The notes under the pieces were generated by a model, which saw only the letters and a list, made by a program, of their open reading frames with translations, had not been told where the DNA came from and did no database searches. From assembly GCA_963826535.1 (NCBI GenBank), contig CAWGXL010000010.1:426814-490813 (forward strand): 64,000 bases of DNA. The letters run 5' to 3'. This document shows, piece after piece, positions 37,801-48,042 of this stretch. Every line of letters starts with the position of its first letter. Position 1 is the first letter of the stretch. The position numbers and the translations under genes are program-made. This DNA comes from an uncultured bacterium (GTDB taxonomy: Bacteria; Patescibacteriota; Microgenomatia; Levybacterales; UBA12049).

Positions 37801-39614
37801 ATTATGCCCTGCGACTTCTTCCTTTTCTCTTCCGCCTCATCCAGTATCAACTTCCGTATCCTCACATTCTTCGGTGTCACTTCCACCAACTCATCATCAG
37901 CTACATACTCCAACGCGTCATCCAACTCCATTACTCTTGGAGTATTAAAATGCTCGATCCCTCCATCACCCTTTGATCGCATATTCGAAAGCTGTTTCAT
38001 CTTACATACGTTGATCCTTAGATCATCACTCCGTGAATTCTGACCCACAACCTGCCCTTTATACACCTGCACCGCCGGCCCGATAAACAACGAACCTCTA
38101 TCCTGAATATTAACAAGCCCGTATAGACTCGTCACCCCGGTCTCATGTGCCACTAAAGATCCATGTTCACGTTTAAGCGGCTCTCCGCTGTCTTCATCAT
38201 ATTTTAAAAATGACGTGCTGATAATCCCGGTTCCTCTAGTATCTGTGATAAACTCGCTCCTATAACCGAAAAGACTACTTGTCGGCATAATAAATTGAAA
38301 AAAGGATATTCCTTTCTCATCAGTTGTCATATCCTCAAGCACTGCTTTCCGTGCACCTAACTTTTGCATCACAACTCCCGAGAAATTTTCCGGTACCTCT
38401 ATAAACACACGTTCAAAAGGCGCCAGCTTCTTTCCATTTACCACTTTTGTAATTACCTGCGGCCGCGACACCTGAAATTCATATCCTTCCCGACGCATTC
38501 GTTCAATAAAAATTGCCAAATGCAGCTCTCCGCGCCCCGACACCAGCCAATTTCCATCAGGCTGATCCGCAACCCGCAATGCCATATCCGTCTCAAGTTC
38601 TTTATACAATCTTTCCCGTATTTGCCTGGAAGTCTTAAACTCACCCTCTTTACCTGCAAAAGGAGAATTATTCACATTAAACGTCATCTTCACAGTCGGC
38701 TCCTCAATTGCCAACACAGGCAAGGCGATAGGTGTTATTGGATCGGCGATAGTTGCACCGATTGCAATATCCGGTATCCCTGCAATGGCAACAATATCCC
38801 CGGTTTGTACCTCGGCCACGTCACCTCTATTCAGTCCCACAAAAGTCATCAAACTGGACAATCTATATTTCTTCACCTCGCCTGTACGGGAAATATAAGC
38901 AACCTCTGAATTCTGCTTCATACTACCATTATATATACGTCCAACCCCGATCCTACCTTTGAAATTATCATAACTCAAAGAAGTCACCATCATTTGCAAT
39001 GGTTGGTCCTGAACACCGGTCGGAGCTGGTATATGAGCCAGTATTTCATCAAAAATCGGAGATATATCATTCATCTTAGTCAAATCCTGTTCAAGTCCTG
39101 CCCTACCTTCCTTCCCGCTGGCATAAATGATCGGAAAATCAGCTGTATTATCATCCGCTCCGAGCTCCAGAAATAAATCCAGTGTTTTATCCAGCACTTG
39201 ATTAATTCTCGCGTCACTCCTGTCAATTTTATTAACCACAACTATTATTTTTAATTTTTGCTCAAGTGCCTTTTTCAAAACAAATCGGGTTTGCGGCATT
39301 GGTCCCTCTTTTGCATCAATAAGCAGTAAAGCTCCGTCAGCCATTGTCAAAACCCGCTCGACCTCACCACCGAAATCCGCATGCCCCGGCGTATCAATAA
39401 TATTTATCTTGGTTCCATTCCACACCACTGACGCATTCTTTGAAAAAATCGTAATCCCGCGTTCTTTTTCCAACTCATTACTATCCATTATGAGTTCCTG
39501 TTCCACCAACTCTTTATTCAAATACGTCTTAGATTGGCGCAAAAGAGCATCAACCAGAGTAGTCTTCCCATGATCAACATGGGCAATAATAGCAACATTC
39601 CTTATATTTATCAT
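37797..39614 (-). CDS. typA: Translational GTPase TypA/BipA
   Basis: AHVDHGKTT, ERGITI, DTPGHADFGGEVER, GRGELHL, ELVEVTP. Confidence 0.97.
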   Translation of the reverse strand: MINIRNVAIIAHVDHGKTTLVDALLRQSKTYLNKELVEQELIMDSNELEKERGITIFSKNASVVWNGTKINIIDTPGHADFGGEVERVLTMADGALLLIDAKEGPMPQTRFVLKKALEQKLKIIVVVNKIDRSDARINQVLDKTLDLFLELGADDNTADFPIIYASGKEGRAGLEQDLTKMNDISPIFDEILAHIPAPTGVQDQPLQMMVTSLSYDNFKGRIGVGRIYNGSMKQNSEVAYISRTGEVKKYRLSSLMTFVGLNRGDVAEVQTGDIVAIAGIPDIAIGATIADPITPIALPVLAIEEPTVKMTFNVNNSPFAGKEGEFKTSRQIRERLYKELETDMALRVADQPDGNWLVSGRGELHLAIFIERMRREGYEFQVSRPQVITKVVNGKKLAPFERVFIEVPENFSGVVMQKLGARKAVLEDMTTDEKGISFFQFIMPTSSLFGYRSEFITDTRGTGIISTSFLKYDEDSGEPLKREHGSLVAHETGVTSLYGLVNIQDRGSLFIGPAVQVYKGQVVGQNSRSDDLRINVCKMKQLSNMRSKGDGGIEHFNTPRVMELDDALEYVADDELVEVTPKNVRIRKLILDEAEEKRKKSQGII

Positions 39615-39681
39615 AATTAAAATAAAAAACCGCTCTCGCGGTCTATTTATATTACCATTTCTACCACAAATTAGCAACTAT

Positions 39682-39912
39682 TTACTTCTCTTCACCTTCT
39701 ACAACTGCATGATACTCGCTAATAAGAAAAAGGAAAATCAAAACGCCTACAACAAGAGGTAAAAAAAGAGAGACTATTATGAAAAATAATACCGGAAAAT
39801 GAAGAACCGGGGTATTATGCTTATCCGTAATCACAATTCTTCGGGCATGTCCGCCCTTCACAATCTGTGTCAGTTTTTTAGATACTTTCTCTCCATGCTT
39901 CTGCCAGGTCAT
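39682..39912 (-). CDS. DUF4342-like small protein
   Basis: IVKGGHARRIVI..LHFP + hydrophobic tail, resembling 12213-12476. Confidence 0.5.
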   Translation of the reverse strand: MTWQKHGEKVSKKLTQIVKGGHARRIVITDKHNTPVLHFPVLFFIIVSLFLPLVVGVLIFLFLISEYHAVVEGEEK

Positions 39913-39966
39913 ACGTCAAGTATAGCACAGCTTTCAGTAAATGCCTAGACAAAACCATCTCACGTA

Positions 39967-40320
39967 ATGCATAATAAAAACCAATATATGCCGGGAAAAA
40001 AACAAACCTCACCTTTTGGAAAATATTTCGTCTATTTAGACCAAATTGACACATCGGTAAAACACTCGGAAGAGTTCGGCTCTATTCTAATTTTAAGCTT
40101 AGTTGAGGAAGTAGGGGAGATGGCCCGCGCTTATCTCGCCAAACACGGCCGCAAACCAACAAATCTTACAGCTCAAAAAGACGAGACTTATAGACAGGAA
40201 TTAGGCGACATTTTAGTTGCTATACTTCGCTTCGCCCGCGTAAAAAATATCAACCTAGATAAACGCATTATGTATTCGCTGAAAAAAATCGAACACCGGA
40301 TAAAAGAACCGAAAGCATAA
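39967..40320 (+). CDS. MazG-like nucleotide pyrophosphohydrolase
   Basis: LVEEVGEMAR...QELGDIL...NINLD. Confidence 0.85.
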   Translation: MHNKNQYMPGKKQTSPFGKYFVYLDQIDTSVKHSEEFGSILILSLVEEVGEMARAYLAKHGRKPTNLTAQKDETYRQELGDILVAILRFARVKNINLDKRIMYSLKKIEHRIKEPKA

Positions 40321-40358
40321 TGTCATTGCGATCCCGATTTAATCGGGAGAAGCAATCT
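40321..40358. repeat. REP-like element with internal TCCCGATTTAATCGGGA palindrome
   Basis: TGTCATTGCGA-TCCCGATTTAATCGGGA-GAAGCAATCT. Confidence 0.75.
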
Positions 40359-40369
40359 TTATAAATAAT

Positions 40370-40657
40370 ATGACCAAATACAAAAAAGCATTTAAAGAAA
40401 TGCTTGAATACAATCAAAAACTCTTCGATGATTTCATAATAATTCACAATAATTTTGAGAAAAACTCAATAAATTGGCAGGACAAATTTAATGAGGAAGG
40501 CACAAAAGTACTGCGTGTAATTAGAAGATATGAAAACAACCTCTGTTCTCGCTCGGAAAATACCGGCTTTGGTAAATTCTCGACCAATCTCTCAGACAAA
40601 TTTTGGGAAGAAGTTAGAATTACTTTGCCTCTTATTGACCGTGTAAAAATTATCTAA
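40370..40657 (+). CDS. Hypothetical protein
   Basis: 95-aa ORF, ENNLC..SE..GFGKFSTNLSDKFW. Confidence 0.65.
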   Translation: MTKYKKAFKEMLEYNQKLFDDFIIIHNNFEKNSINWQDKFNEEGTKVLRVIRRYENNLCSRSENTGFGKFSTNLSDKFWEEVRITLPLIDRVKII

Positions 40658-40743
40658 AATATTATTCCCTATCCTATTAGGGGCTGACGACCGAAGGAAG
40701 GAGCCCGCTTGCTTGACAAGGGCGGGGAGGATTAGGGTGAGGT

Positions 40744-41007
40744 TTAATTTGTATCCTTTTGCTTGAAAACTTTCTTTGCTTTTCGTAGTCCCGCCTTTAA
40801 AATTGACATTCCCACTTTAGCAGCCGTCTCTTCAGGATGCTGAATTGCGTTTTCTACAATCTTTATTTTCTCAGTAACCTGTCTGCGTATATCCAAAACC
40901 TGTCTGACAATATAATAAATCCCAATCCCTATTCCCACAAGAAGAACAATATTGAGAACCATATAAATAATCCCGAGTATATAAAAAGTAGACTCCAACT
41001 GTGTCAT
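40744..41007 (-). CDS. Small membrane protein
   Basis: Single TM plus basic helical tail. Confidence 0.55.
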   Translation of the reverse strand: MTQLESTFYILGIIYMVLNIVLLVGIGIGIYYIVRQVLDIRRQVTEKIKIVENAIQHPEETAAKVGMSILKAGLRKAKKVFKQKDTN

Positions 41008-41122
41008 AGTAACAATATTATTATACAATTTTTATCAACAAAAATCCACAATTTCACGTATTATTCAAAATCTGCTAAAATAGTAGGTGTACTCAGGCTA
41101 AATTACTCAGCTCTTTATTCAT

Positions 41123-41893
41123 ATGGTGGAAATGTACGACAAACCAAAACACGTAGAAGATACTTTTAATGAAGGTAATCTTTCCGAGTATCTATTAAAA
41201 GCCCAAAAGGCTGAATTTATTGAACTCAAAAAAACAATTCCAGAACTTTACAAGAAAAATAAACATGCTCTATCAGTTTTAGATATAGGCATCGGAGATG
41301 CAAGAATTTTAAAACACCTTGTTGGAACAGAAGAAACCTGGGACGTAATCGAACATTATGACGGAATAGACATTGCACAGACCTGCGTCGATATTTCTAA
41401 AAATGTTATCAAGGAATTAAAAATCGAGAACAAAGCAAGTATTCAATTACTTGATGCCGTGAACCTTAAAACTCTCAACCAAAAATATGATCTGATTATT
41501 TCCACCTGGTTTACTGCAGGAAACTTCTATCCGTTCGCTTTTGATTTCAAAAAATTCCAGCAAGGATACGACATGTCCACAAATGATAAATTTACCACAA
41601 TCTTCAAACAAGCTTATGAGATGCTAAGCCCGAATGGAGAAATAATCATCGGTTCAATGTATATCGACAATGAAGCAACAAGAAAAAAACAAGAAGATTC
41701 CTACCGGCATTTTGGCTGGACGGTAATAACCGATGACAGAGATTGTTTTACTGCAACAAAAGGTGGTTGGTGGTCTCAAAGATTTACAAAACAAAGAGTT
41801 TATGATTATTTGGCTTTTGTTCCGAAAAAAAAGATTTCTTTTACTCCACTAGACACTTATGATTATGCTATGATGGTAAGAATAAAAAAATAA
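41123..41893 (+). CDS. Class I SAM-dependent methyltransferase
   Basis: VLDIGIGDAR, GIDI, YDLII, LSPNG. Confidence 0.8.
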   Translation: MVEMYDKPKHVEDTFNEGNLSEYLLKAQKAEFIELKKTIPELYKKNKHALSVLDIGIGDARILKHLVGTEETWDVIEHYDGIDIAQTCVDISKNVIKELKIENKASIQLLDAVNLKTLNQKYDLIISTWFTAGNFYPFAFDFKKFQQGYDMSTNDKFTTIFKQAYEMLSPNGEIIIGSMYIDNEATRKKQEDSYRHFGWTVITDDRDCFTATKGGWWSQRFTKQRVYDYLAFVPKKKISFTPLDTYDYAMMVRIKK

Positions 41894-41927
41894 ATGTCGG
41901 CTCTTAAAACCAGGAATTAAACCCCTC

Positions 41928-42455
41928 TCAACTTCCACAATTTTCACTCTTATTCTCAGCTTTCAAAATATGATCCTTCTTTACAGAGTTTTTCAAATAT
42001 TTAGCAGTATTCTCATGTTTACCAATCAACAGAATAAGACTGTCATACGGCCGTATCGGAAAACTCAAGATATCATTTACTTTTTTACCATTAATATAAG
42101 CAACAATTGGTTTTGATGTAACAATTGTAAACTTTATATTCTTAAATAAATCTCCCCAGACTGCATTGCTTCTATGCACATGCACAACGTCGCCAACAAA
42201 ATCATGCAGATGTGCTTTTTCCATCTGATCATCTTCTACCACATTCCCGTCATCTGTCGTGCACGGCTCCACTTTCATATACTTTAGATCCGAAAAATCC
42301 TGAGCCTTTCCATCAACATAAACCCGAAACCCTGCATGATTATGAACTTGCTCTACTTTGTAAAAATTTACATAATAAAAATATCCGGCAACTCCAAAGC
42401 CAGCCAAAATCAAAAGCAACAATAAAATTTTCTTCATAATTGACGTTCTTCCCAT
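41928..42455 (-). CDS. Membrane-anchored hypothetical protein with His motifs
   Basis: HNHAGFRVYVDG, AHLHD..VVHVH; possible metal binding. Confidence 0.65.
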   Translation of the reverse strand: MGRTSIMKKILLLLLILAGFGVAGYFYYVNFYKVEQVHNHAGFRVYVDGKAQDFSDLKYMKVEPCTTDDGNVVEDDQMEKAHLHDFVGDVVHVHRSNAVWGDLFKNIKFTIVTSKPIVAYINGKKVNDILSFPIRPYDSLILLIGKHENTAKYLKNSVKKDHILKAENKSENCGS

Positions 42456-42709
42456 TCTCTTACCGAATTTTACACATTATATTATATTAAAGATATAAAT
42501 TATAGTCAGTAATTTATATGCTAATTTATAAATTTCTAAAAAATCATTCGCCCCCGATGGGATATTATAAACCACCCTAGGTAGTTATATTGAACCAATT
42601 TACTAAAAATATACCACATAATTAATTTTGGGGATATTTTAGTGTGCAAATAGCTAAGTTAACAATCGATATGAAGATATATATTCTATTAATGAGGTGT
42701 ATTTAAGTA

Positions 42710-42961
42710 TCAAACGCTAGCTTTATTAGCATTAGCTATTCTTGCATCACTTCGTTTTTTATCTATCACGTTTTTATCTTTTTGAATTTGCATTCGCTTA
42801 TCGGCTTCTTTATCCTTTTTTTCCTGACATACTTTATTTGAACACCGATAAATTGAAGTAGTCTGAGAAAAAACTGAACCCGATACATGTTCCGTCACAC
42901 GGCTAACAAGTATAAGTTTGGAATTACACTGGAAACAAATAGTACTATTCTTATGGCTCAT
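42710..42961 (-). CDS. Small Zn-ribbon-like protein
   Basis: CFQC...YRCSNKVC then basic helix. Confidence 0.55.
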   Translation of the reverse strand: MSHKNSTICFQCNSKLILVSRVTEHVSGSVFSQTTSIYRCSNKVCQEKKDKEADKRMQIQKDKNVIDKKRSDARIANANKASV

Positions 42962-43137
42962 TATACCTATATTATACCACACTTGAAATATTTTTTATAG
43001 ACCTGTATAATATAAAAACAATATACTTCTTTTGATAACTGAATAGATTATCAAGAACTACTTACCAAAAATAGTTTTTGTAGTGTTTCATAAACAGATT
43101 GTCAGAAAGAGTGAACAAGAAGGAGGTGACAAGCTAA

Positions 43138-43509
43138 ATGGCAAAAAAACTATTTGTTGGAGGACTTTCCTGGGATACAACAGACTCAACATTAAATGAA
43201 TTCTTCACCAAAGTAGGAAAAGTGATATCTGCCAATGTTATTACAGACAGATACACAGGAAAATCCAAGGGTTTTGGATTTGTAGAAATGACAACTGAAG
43301 AAGAAGCGGAAAAAGCAAAACAAGAACTAAACGGACAAACCCTTGATGGTCGTTCAATAACAATTAGCGACGCTCGTCCACAGCAACCAAGAGAAAATTT
43401 TTCAGGCGGTTTTGGTGGTGGTGGGGGAAGACGCGATGACAACAGAGGAGGCGGCCGAAACGACCGTCGTGATAGAGACAATCGCAGAGGCGGAGGAGGA
43501 CGTTACTAA
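43138..43509 (+). CDS. RRM-domain RNA-binding protein
   Basis: KLFVGGL (RNP2), KGFGFVEM (RNP1), Gly/Arg tail; SD AGGAGGTG. Confidence 0.95.
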   Translation: MAKKLFVGGLSWDTTDSTLNEFFTKVGKVISANVITDRYTGKSKGFGFVEMTTEEEAEKAKQELNGQTLDGRSITISDARPQQPRENFSGGFGGGGGRRDDNRGGGRNDRRDRDNRRGGGGRY

Positions 43510-43627
43510 AAACTCTTCAAACTTAGTTTGTTGACGCTACAATTTTCCGTAATTGGGAAAGTGTTATGAAGTCTGAATTATCACAGTTTGCTACTGATTT
43601 TATCGACGAACTAAAACAAGTACTTAT

Positions 43628-43876
43628 TTATACTAGCGTCCTTAATAATGCTTTTTAAATATTACTTCTTCAAAAGCCAATTTTCAAAAAAACCTCATGA
43701 GCCTTAGCAACGTCTTCATTTATAAAATACTAATAATGGATAAGCTTGAAAGGCCTTCTATTTGTTGTTGATTTTACTACTCCTCGCTCTTGTCTGCATA
43801 GTTTAACTTTCAAATCTATTGTAAATCCTATATAGAACTTTTTATCTTTTAAACTTAGAAGGTTATAAATGTAAAG
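43628..43876 (-). pseudogene. Degraded GIY-YIG nuclease
   Basis: Manual translation LYIYNLLSLKDKKFYIGFTIDLK...VKSTTNRRPFKLIHY*YFINEDVAKAHEVFLKIGF*RSNI*; three in-frame stops, no start; aligns with 45953-46207. Confidence 0.85.
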
Positions 43877-43945
43877 TCTCTATATTAAATCGTCAAACGA
43901 TTCTCTTATTTATATTATATAAATGAAAGCCAAGTCCGACTCGGG

Positions 43946-44016
43946 AGCGGGTGAAGAGAATCGAACTCTCGTAACATGCTTGGAAAGCACGTGTTCTGCC
44001 ATTGAACTACACCCGC
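43946..44016 (-). tRNA. tRNA-Gly(TCC)
   Basis: GCGGGTG/CACCCGC acceptor, CGTGC-TT-TCC-AA-GCATG. Confidence 0.95.
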
Positions 44017-44110
44017 GTAAGCCTTTCAATTATAACACAATTGTAATACACCTCCTTGAATTTTCACTAGATATAAGTATAATGAAATAGAATTCTGCCC
44101 GGCAGAACGT

Positions 44111-45229
44111 ATGAGAAGGTTTAAAATAAAAAACAGACAAAAGAGAAAATACACAAGAAAAAACCAAATACAAAGCCCTTTCTATCTCTATAAATCATTT
44201 GCCTTAAACTTAATCCCCATCTTTCTTATAGTTGCTGCCGCTTTTAGCATGTTTTTACTGATCCAAAACAACTCACTATTAAAACAACAGCCAAATTTTC
44301 ACATATCTACTCCAAGCACACCAAATATATCGTTTCCGAATTTGATTAACTACACCCAAAGTATTCAAAATACCTCAATTCATATTGTTAATAAAACATT
44401 TTATTCAGCTACTCAAACTACAAATAATTTCTATAGTACTTTCACAAAGATACTGCAATTTCTTGATTTCCGGCCCATAATATCGAAAGTAATAAATATT
44501 GCATTTCAGGTTTTAACTGAAACAGGAAAAATAATAATTTTTGTCACCCGTCAAATAGGAATTGCTACCAAAACGACTATTAATAGCTTAATATATTTTG
44601 CAAATGCCATAATATCTGTATTTGAAAATATGTTTTCAAACCTCGTTACAATTACTATGAAAGCTATAATTACAACAACTATTTCAATTAATAATACAGT
44701 TATTAATTTTGTAAATTCAATAATTGTTTTATTAACCCAAATAACTCAAGTATTTACAAACATTCTTACCTCAATTTACAAATTACTACCTCCAATTATA
44801 CAAGCAATAAGAAATATAATAATGAATTTTCTTGTTACATTTATAAATACAACAAATATTTTAATAACCAAAACCATAAACATATTATCAAACATTCTAT
44901 CCTCAATTTACAACTTTATACCTCCAATGATCCGTACTATTAATACTTTAATTATGAATATTCTCGCAACGATTGCTAACAGCCTTCAATTAATAGATAG
45001 CAAAATAACTCAACTCCTAAACCAGTTAATAAATGTAGTTAAGTCACCATTTATCGAATTCAACAAAGAAATGCAACCCTTTATGCAATTCATAAACAAA
45101 TGTGCTCAAATTCTGAATCTATCCGCCCGCAGTCATTTTACAAATAGCGATACCATATTTAAATTTTTTTCCTCTCATTCAAAAAATCCAGTGAGCCTAA
45201 CTCCACAAATTAACTCTGGAATATTTTAA
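44111..45229 (+). CDS. Membrane-anchored Ile/Thr/Asn-rich amphipathic helical repeat protein
   Basis: Basic N-terminus, TM, long helical region with an internal 44-aa duplication. Confidence 0.6.
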   Translation: MRRFKIKNRQKRKYTRKNQIQSPFYLYKSFALNLIPIFLIVAAAFSMFLLIQNNSLLKQQPNFHISTPSTPNISFPNLINYTQSIQNTSIHIVNKTFYSATQTTNNFYSTFTKILQFLDFRPIISKVINIAFQVLTETGKIIIFVTRQIGIATKTTINSLIYFANAIISVFENMFSNLVTITMKAIITTTISINNTVINFVNSIIVLLTQITQVFTNILTSIYKLLPPIIQAIRNIIMNFLVTFINTTNILITKTINILSNILSSIYNFIPPMIRTINTLIMNILATIANSLQLIDSKITQLLNQLINVVKSPFIEFNKEMQPFMQFINKCAQILNLSARSHFTNSDTIFKFFSSHSKNPVSLTPQINSGIF

Positions 45230-45251
45230 AATAAAGTGTATAATATTACAG

Positions 45252-45578
45252 ATGACAAAAAATAACGATTTGGTGGAAAGAAAAAAACTGGCCGTTCGAA
45301 TTAAGCTAGCAAGAGAAAGCAGTCATATTTCTCAAAGAGAATTGGGTGAAAGTATAGGCGTTTCAGACAAATCCATTTCCTCTTATGAAAAGGCAAGAAG
45401 CATGCCGCCTATTGAAAAATTAAAAAAAATAGCCTCAAAAACCAATAAACCCATTTTATTTTTCACCGAAGAAAAGACAATAAAGATAGACATTGTAAGC
45501 AAATTAAATGTTATTGACAAAGAACTTCGGGAAATTCGTGATATTTTAAGTAAACTACAGAAAGAAAAAGTAATTTAG
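45252..45578 (+). CDS. XRE-family HTH regulator
   Basis: IKLARE..ISQRELG..IGVSDKSISSYE..RSMP. Confidence 0.9.
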   Translation: MTKNNDLVERKKLAVRIKLARESSHISQRELGESIGVSDKSISSYEKARSMPPIEKLKKIASKTNKPILFFTEEKTIKIDIVSKLNVIDKELREIRDILSKLQKEKVI

Positions 45579-45712
45579 AATCCATTACCTACAACCACCA
45601 CTGTTGAATAAAGTTCGCTTTTTAAGTAGAATATCCATACAACAAAGTCTTATAGCTGAAAGCAAATAGCTTAACTCGAAATTTCTGAAAGCTGACAGCC
45701 ATTATCTAAATT

Positions 45713-45795
45713 GCCGCGGTGGTGGAATGGCAGACACAAGGGCCTTAAGAGCCCTCGTCCGCAAGGGCGTGAGCGTTCGACTCGCTCCCGCGGCA
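45713..45795 (+). tRNA. tRNA-Leu(TAA)
   Basis: GCCGCGG/CCGCGGC acceptor, AGGGC-CT-TAA-GA-GCCCT, long variable arm. Confidence 0.93.
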
Positions 45796-45952
45796 CTGAT
45801 ATTCGCTTACTTCAGCTTCTGGCATTAAGCCAGTTCACTGAAGAGCGCTACATCAGTGCATGCACTTTTAAAACAGAAATACGAATATCAATCCTGTTGG
45901 AGTGCTCTTCAGCGAAGTTTACGAGCTGAAGTAAACGGATAACAGGGCACAT

Positions 45953-46207
45953 ATGTTTTATATTTACATTTTAAAAAGTAAGAAGGATAATAATCTCTAT
46001 ACGGGTTTTTCTGGTAATTTAAAAAAGAGATTACAAGAACACCATAACGGAAATGTAGATTCAACAAAAAATAGAAGACCGTTAGTGCTAATATATTATG
46101 AAGCATATCTAGAAAAAACAAACGCATTATTAAGAGAGAAATTCTTAAAAACAACAAAAGGCAAATTACAGTTAAGAAAACAAATTTTATTAGATAGCGG
46201 GGAATAG
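45953..46207 (+). CDS. Small GIY-YIG nuclease
   Basis: YIYILKS..LYTG..LKKRLQEH..STKNRRP..YYEAY..REKFLK; stop codon lies inside tRNA-Pro. Confidence 0.9.
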   Translation: MFYIYILKSKKDNNLYTGFSGNLKKRLQEHHNGNVDSTKNRRPLVLIYYEAYLEKTNALLREKFLKTTKGKLQLRKQILLDSGE

Positions 46208-46271
46208 CTCAGTTGGCTAGAGCGCGCGGTTTGGGACCGTGAGGCCGGAGGTTCAAGTCCTCTTTCCCCGA
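46198..46271 (+). tRNA. tRNA-Pro(TGG)
   Basis: CGGGGAA/TTCCCCG acceptor, CGCGG-TT-TGG-GA-CCGTG. Confidence 0.95.
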
Positions 46272-46470
46272 CACTGATTAGACTGAGGCAATACTTGCTT
46301 CACTAGGAATAATATCTTATCTTCATTTAAAATAACCTATAGCATTGCAAGTACAAAATAAAAATGCTATAATCAATCTCACAAGGACAATTTATCTGCT
46401 TTCTGCCTCTAAAAGAAGAAGCTTAATGATTTTTCGAAGCTAATTTTCAATTTTCCTTCAAGACTATCTT

Positions 46471-48042
46471 ATGAAAAAACTTATAATCGATAACTATATT
46501 TTCTTCCTTTTGCCCTTTTTCGCAGCGTATTTTGCCGCATTGTATTTAGTACTTAGTTTGCAATTTTTTTACGGTGATGCGCTATCAAGGTCTTTCCACG
46601 CTTACGCGGTCTTTTTTGCCAATGAACCTAAATTTGCGAATATAGGATTTGTTTGGCCACCGTTTCCAACGCTTTTAGCTTTGCCCTTGACACTGATTAA
46701 GCCACTTAATCTATTTGGTTTTTCAGGAAATTTATTAAGTGCTGTTTTCCTGGGCATTACAAGTTTGTTTCTTAATAAGATTTTTATGTTTTTTAATATC
46801 TCTCTTTTTACGAGAATTGCATTAATGCTCCTTTTTATTTTTAACCCAATGATGCTTTTTTATGGAGCAAATGGAATGTCTGAAATGATCGGTATTTGTT
46901 TTTTAGTAGCAACTTTATTTTATTTCCTATCATATCTCAAATCCGGGGGTATCGGATATCTTATTGCTACGAGCCTCGCGACCTCACTTGCGGTAATGAC
47001 TAGGTATGAGATGGCCGCGCTTATACCGGTAATTATTTTGCTATTAGTCGTAATTAGGATAAACAGGTCCAAGTGGGAGGGTAAAAATAAAAAAAGCTTG
47101 ATCGAGCGGGATTTGTTGCTTTATGGAGCCCCGATTGCATTTACCCTGGCTTTATGGGTATTTGCGAATTGGGCTATTATGCACAACCCGTTTTACTTCA
47201 TGACAAGTGTCTATTCTAATGTTTCCCAAGCTGGTATTCTTCTAGAAAATTCGGAGTACTATTGAAGAATCCATAATAATATTACTTCATCCATATTATA
47301 TGTAGGACATCGAGTTGTAATTCTTTTTCCAGCGTTTATTATTTTGTTGGCAGTAGTATTGACGAAAGTTTTAAGAAAACATAATTGGATCCTTACTTCT
47401 GCAATACTTGCTTTACCGTTTTCAATTTTATTTTTTCATGTATTTTTACTATATAATGGGCAATCCTATGGATGGTTACGATTTTTTATTTACATCATCC
47501 CCGCTTCGTATATCTTGAGCGCTCTTATCATTTCGTACTATATGAAAAGTAGATATTATAAAATTATTGTCGGTCTTGTTTTAACACTTAATCTTTTTTC
47601 TTCTTATAGTACTTATCTTTCGATGTCTGATCCAAGATTTGGAGTGGAGGAATACAGGCTTGTTAATGCCATAACTACACAAAACCAGGAGTTGTTGGAT
47701 CATGACTCATACGTCGAGGACTTAACGATTGCAGACTATTTAACAAATAATATAACTACAGGCAAAGTCATAGTTGATGATTTTACTGGTTTCCCAATTA
47801 TTTATTTGAGCGGCAAACCTGAATTATTTATCGAAACAATAGATAAGGATTTTGAGCAAACACTTAAAAATGTTACTAACGATAAGCGTGTTCATTATAT
47901 CCTTGTCCCCAAACCAGAAGGAACAAGAACTTTAGATGCAATAAATAGAATGTATCCAACCATGTTTGATAACGGCGCGAACATTGCGGATCTTGTTATG
48001 GATTTTGGAAAGTGGAGATTATATAAAAAAATAAATACATAA
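46471..48042 (+). pseudogene. GT-C/PMT-like membrane glycosyltransferase interrupted by one in-frame TGA (47263-47265)
   Basis: GDALSR, GFVWPP, NGMSE, TRYE motifs; the two ORFs share a frame and the stretch between them is open. Confidence 0.7.

Noticed and set aside
39967-40657. MazG-based anti-phage system
   Set aside because: Small MazG-like housecleaning enzyme with no recognisable defence partner
44111-46207. Prophage remnant (tape-measure-like + XRE + nuclease near tRNAs)
   Set aside because: No integrase, terminase, capsid or tail genes nearby
46471-48042. TGA recoding (genetic code 25) or selenocysteine
   Set aside because: Other genes end at TGA (e.g. 16563, 32430) and long genes have no internal TGA; the protein is not a redox enzyme
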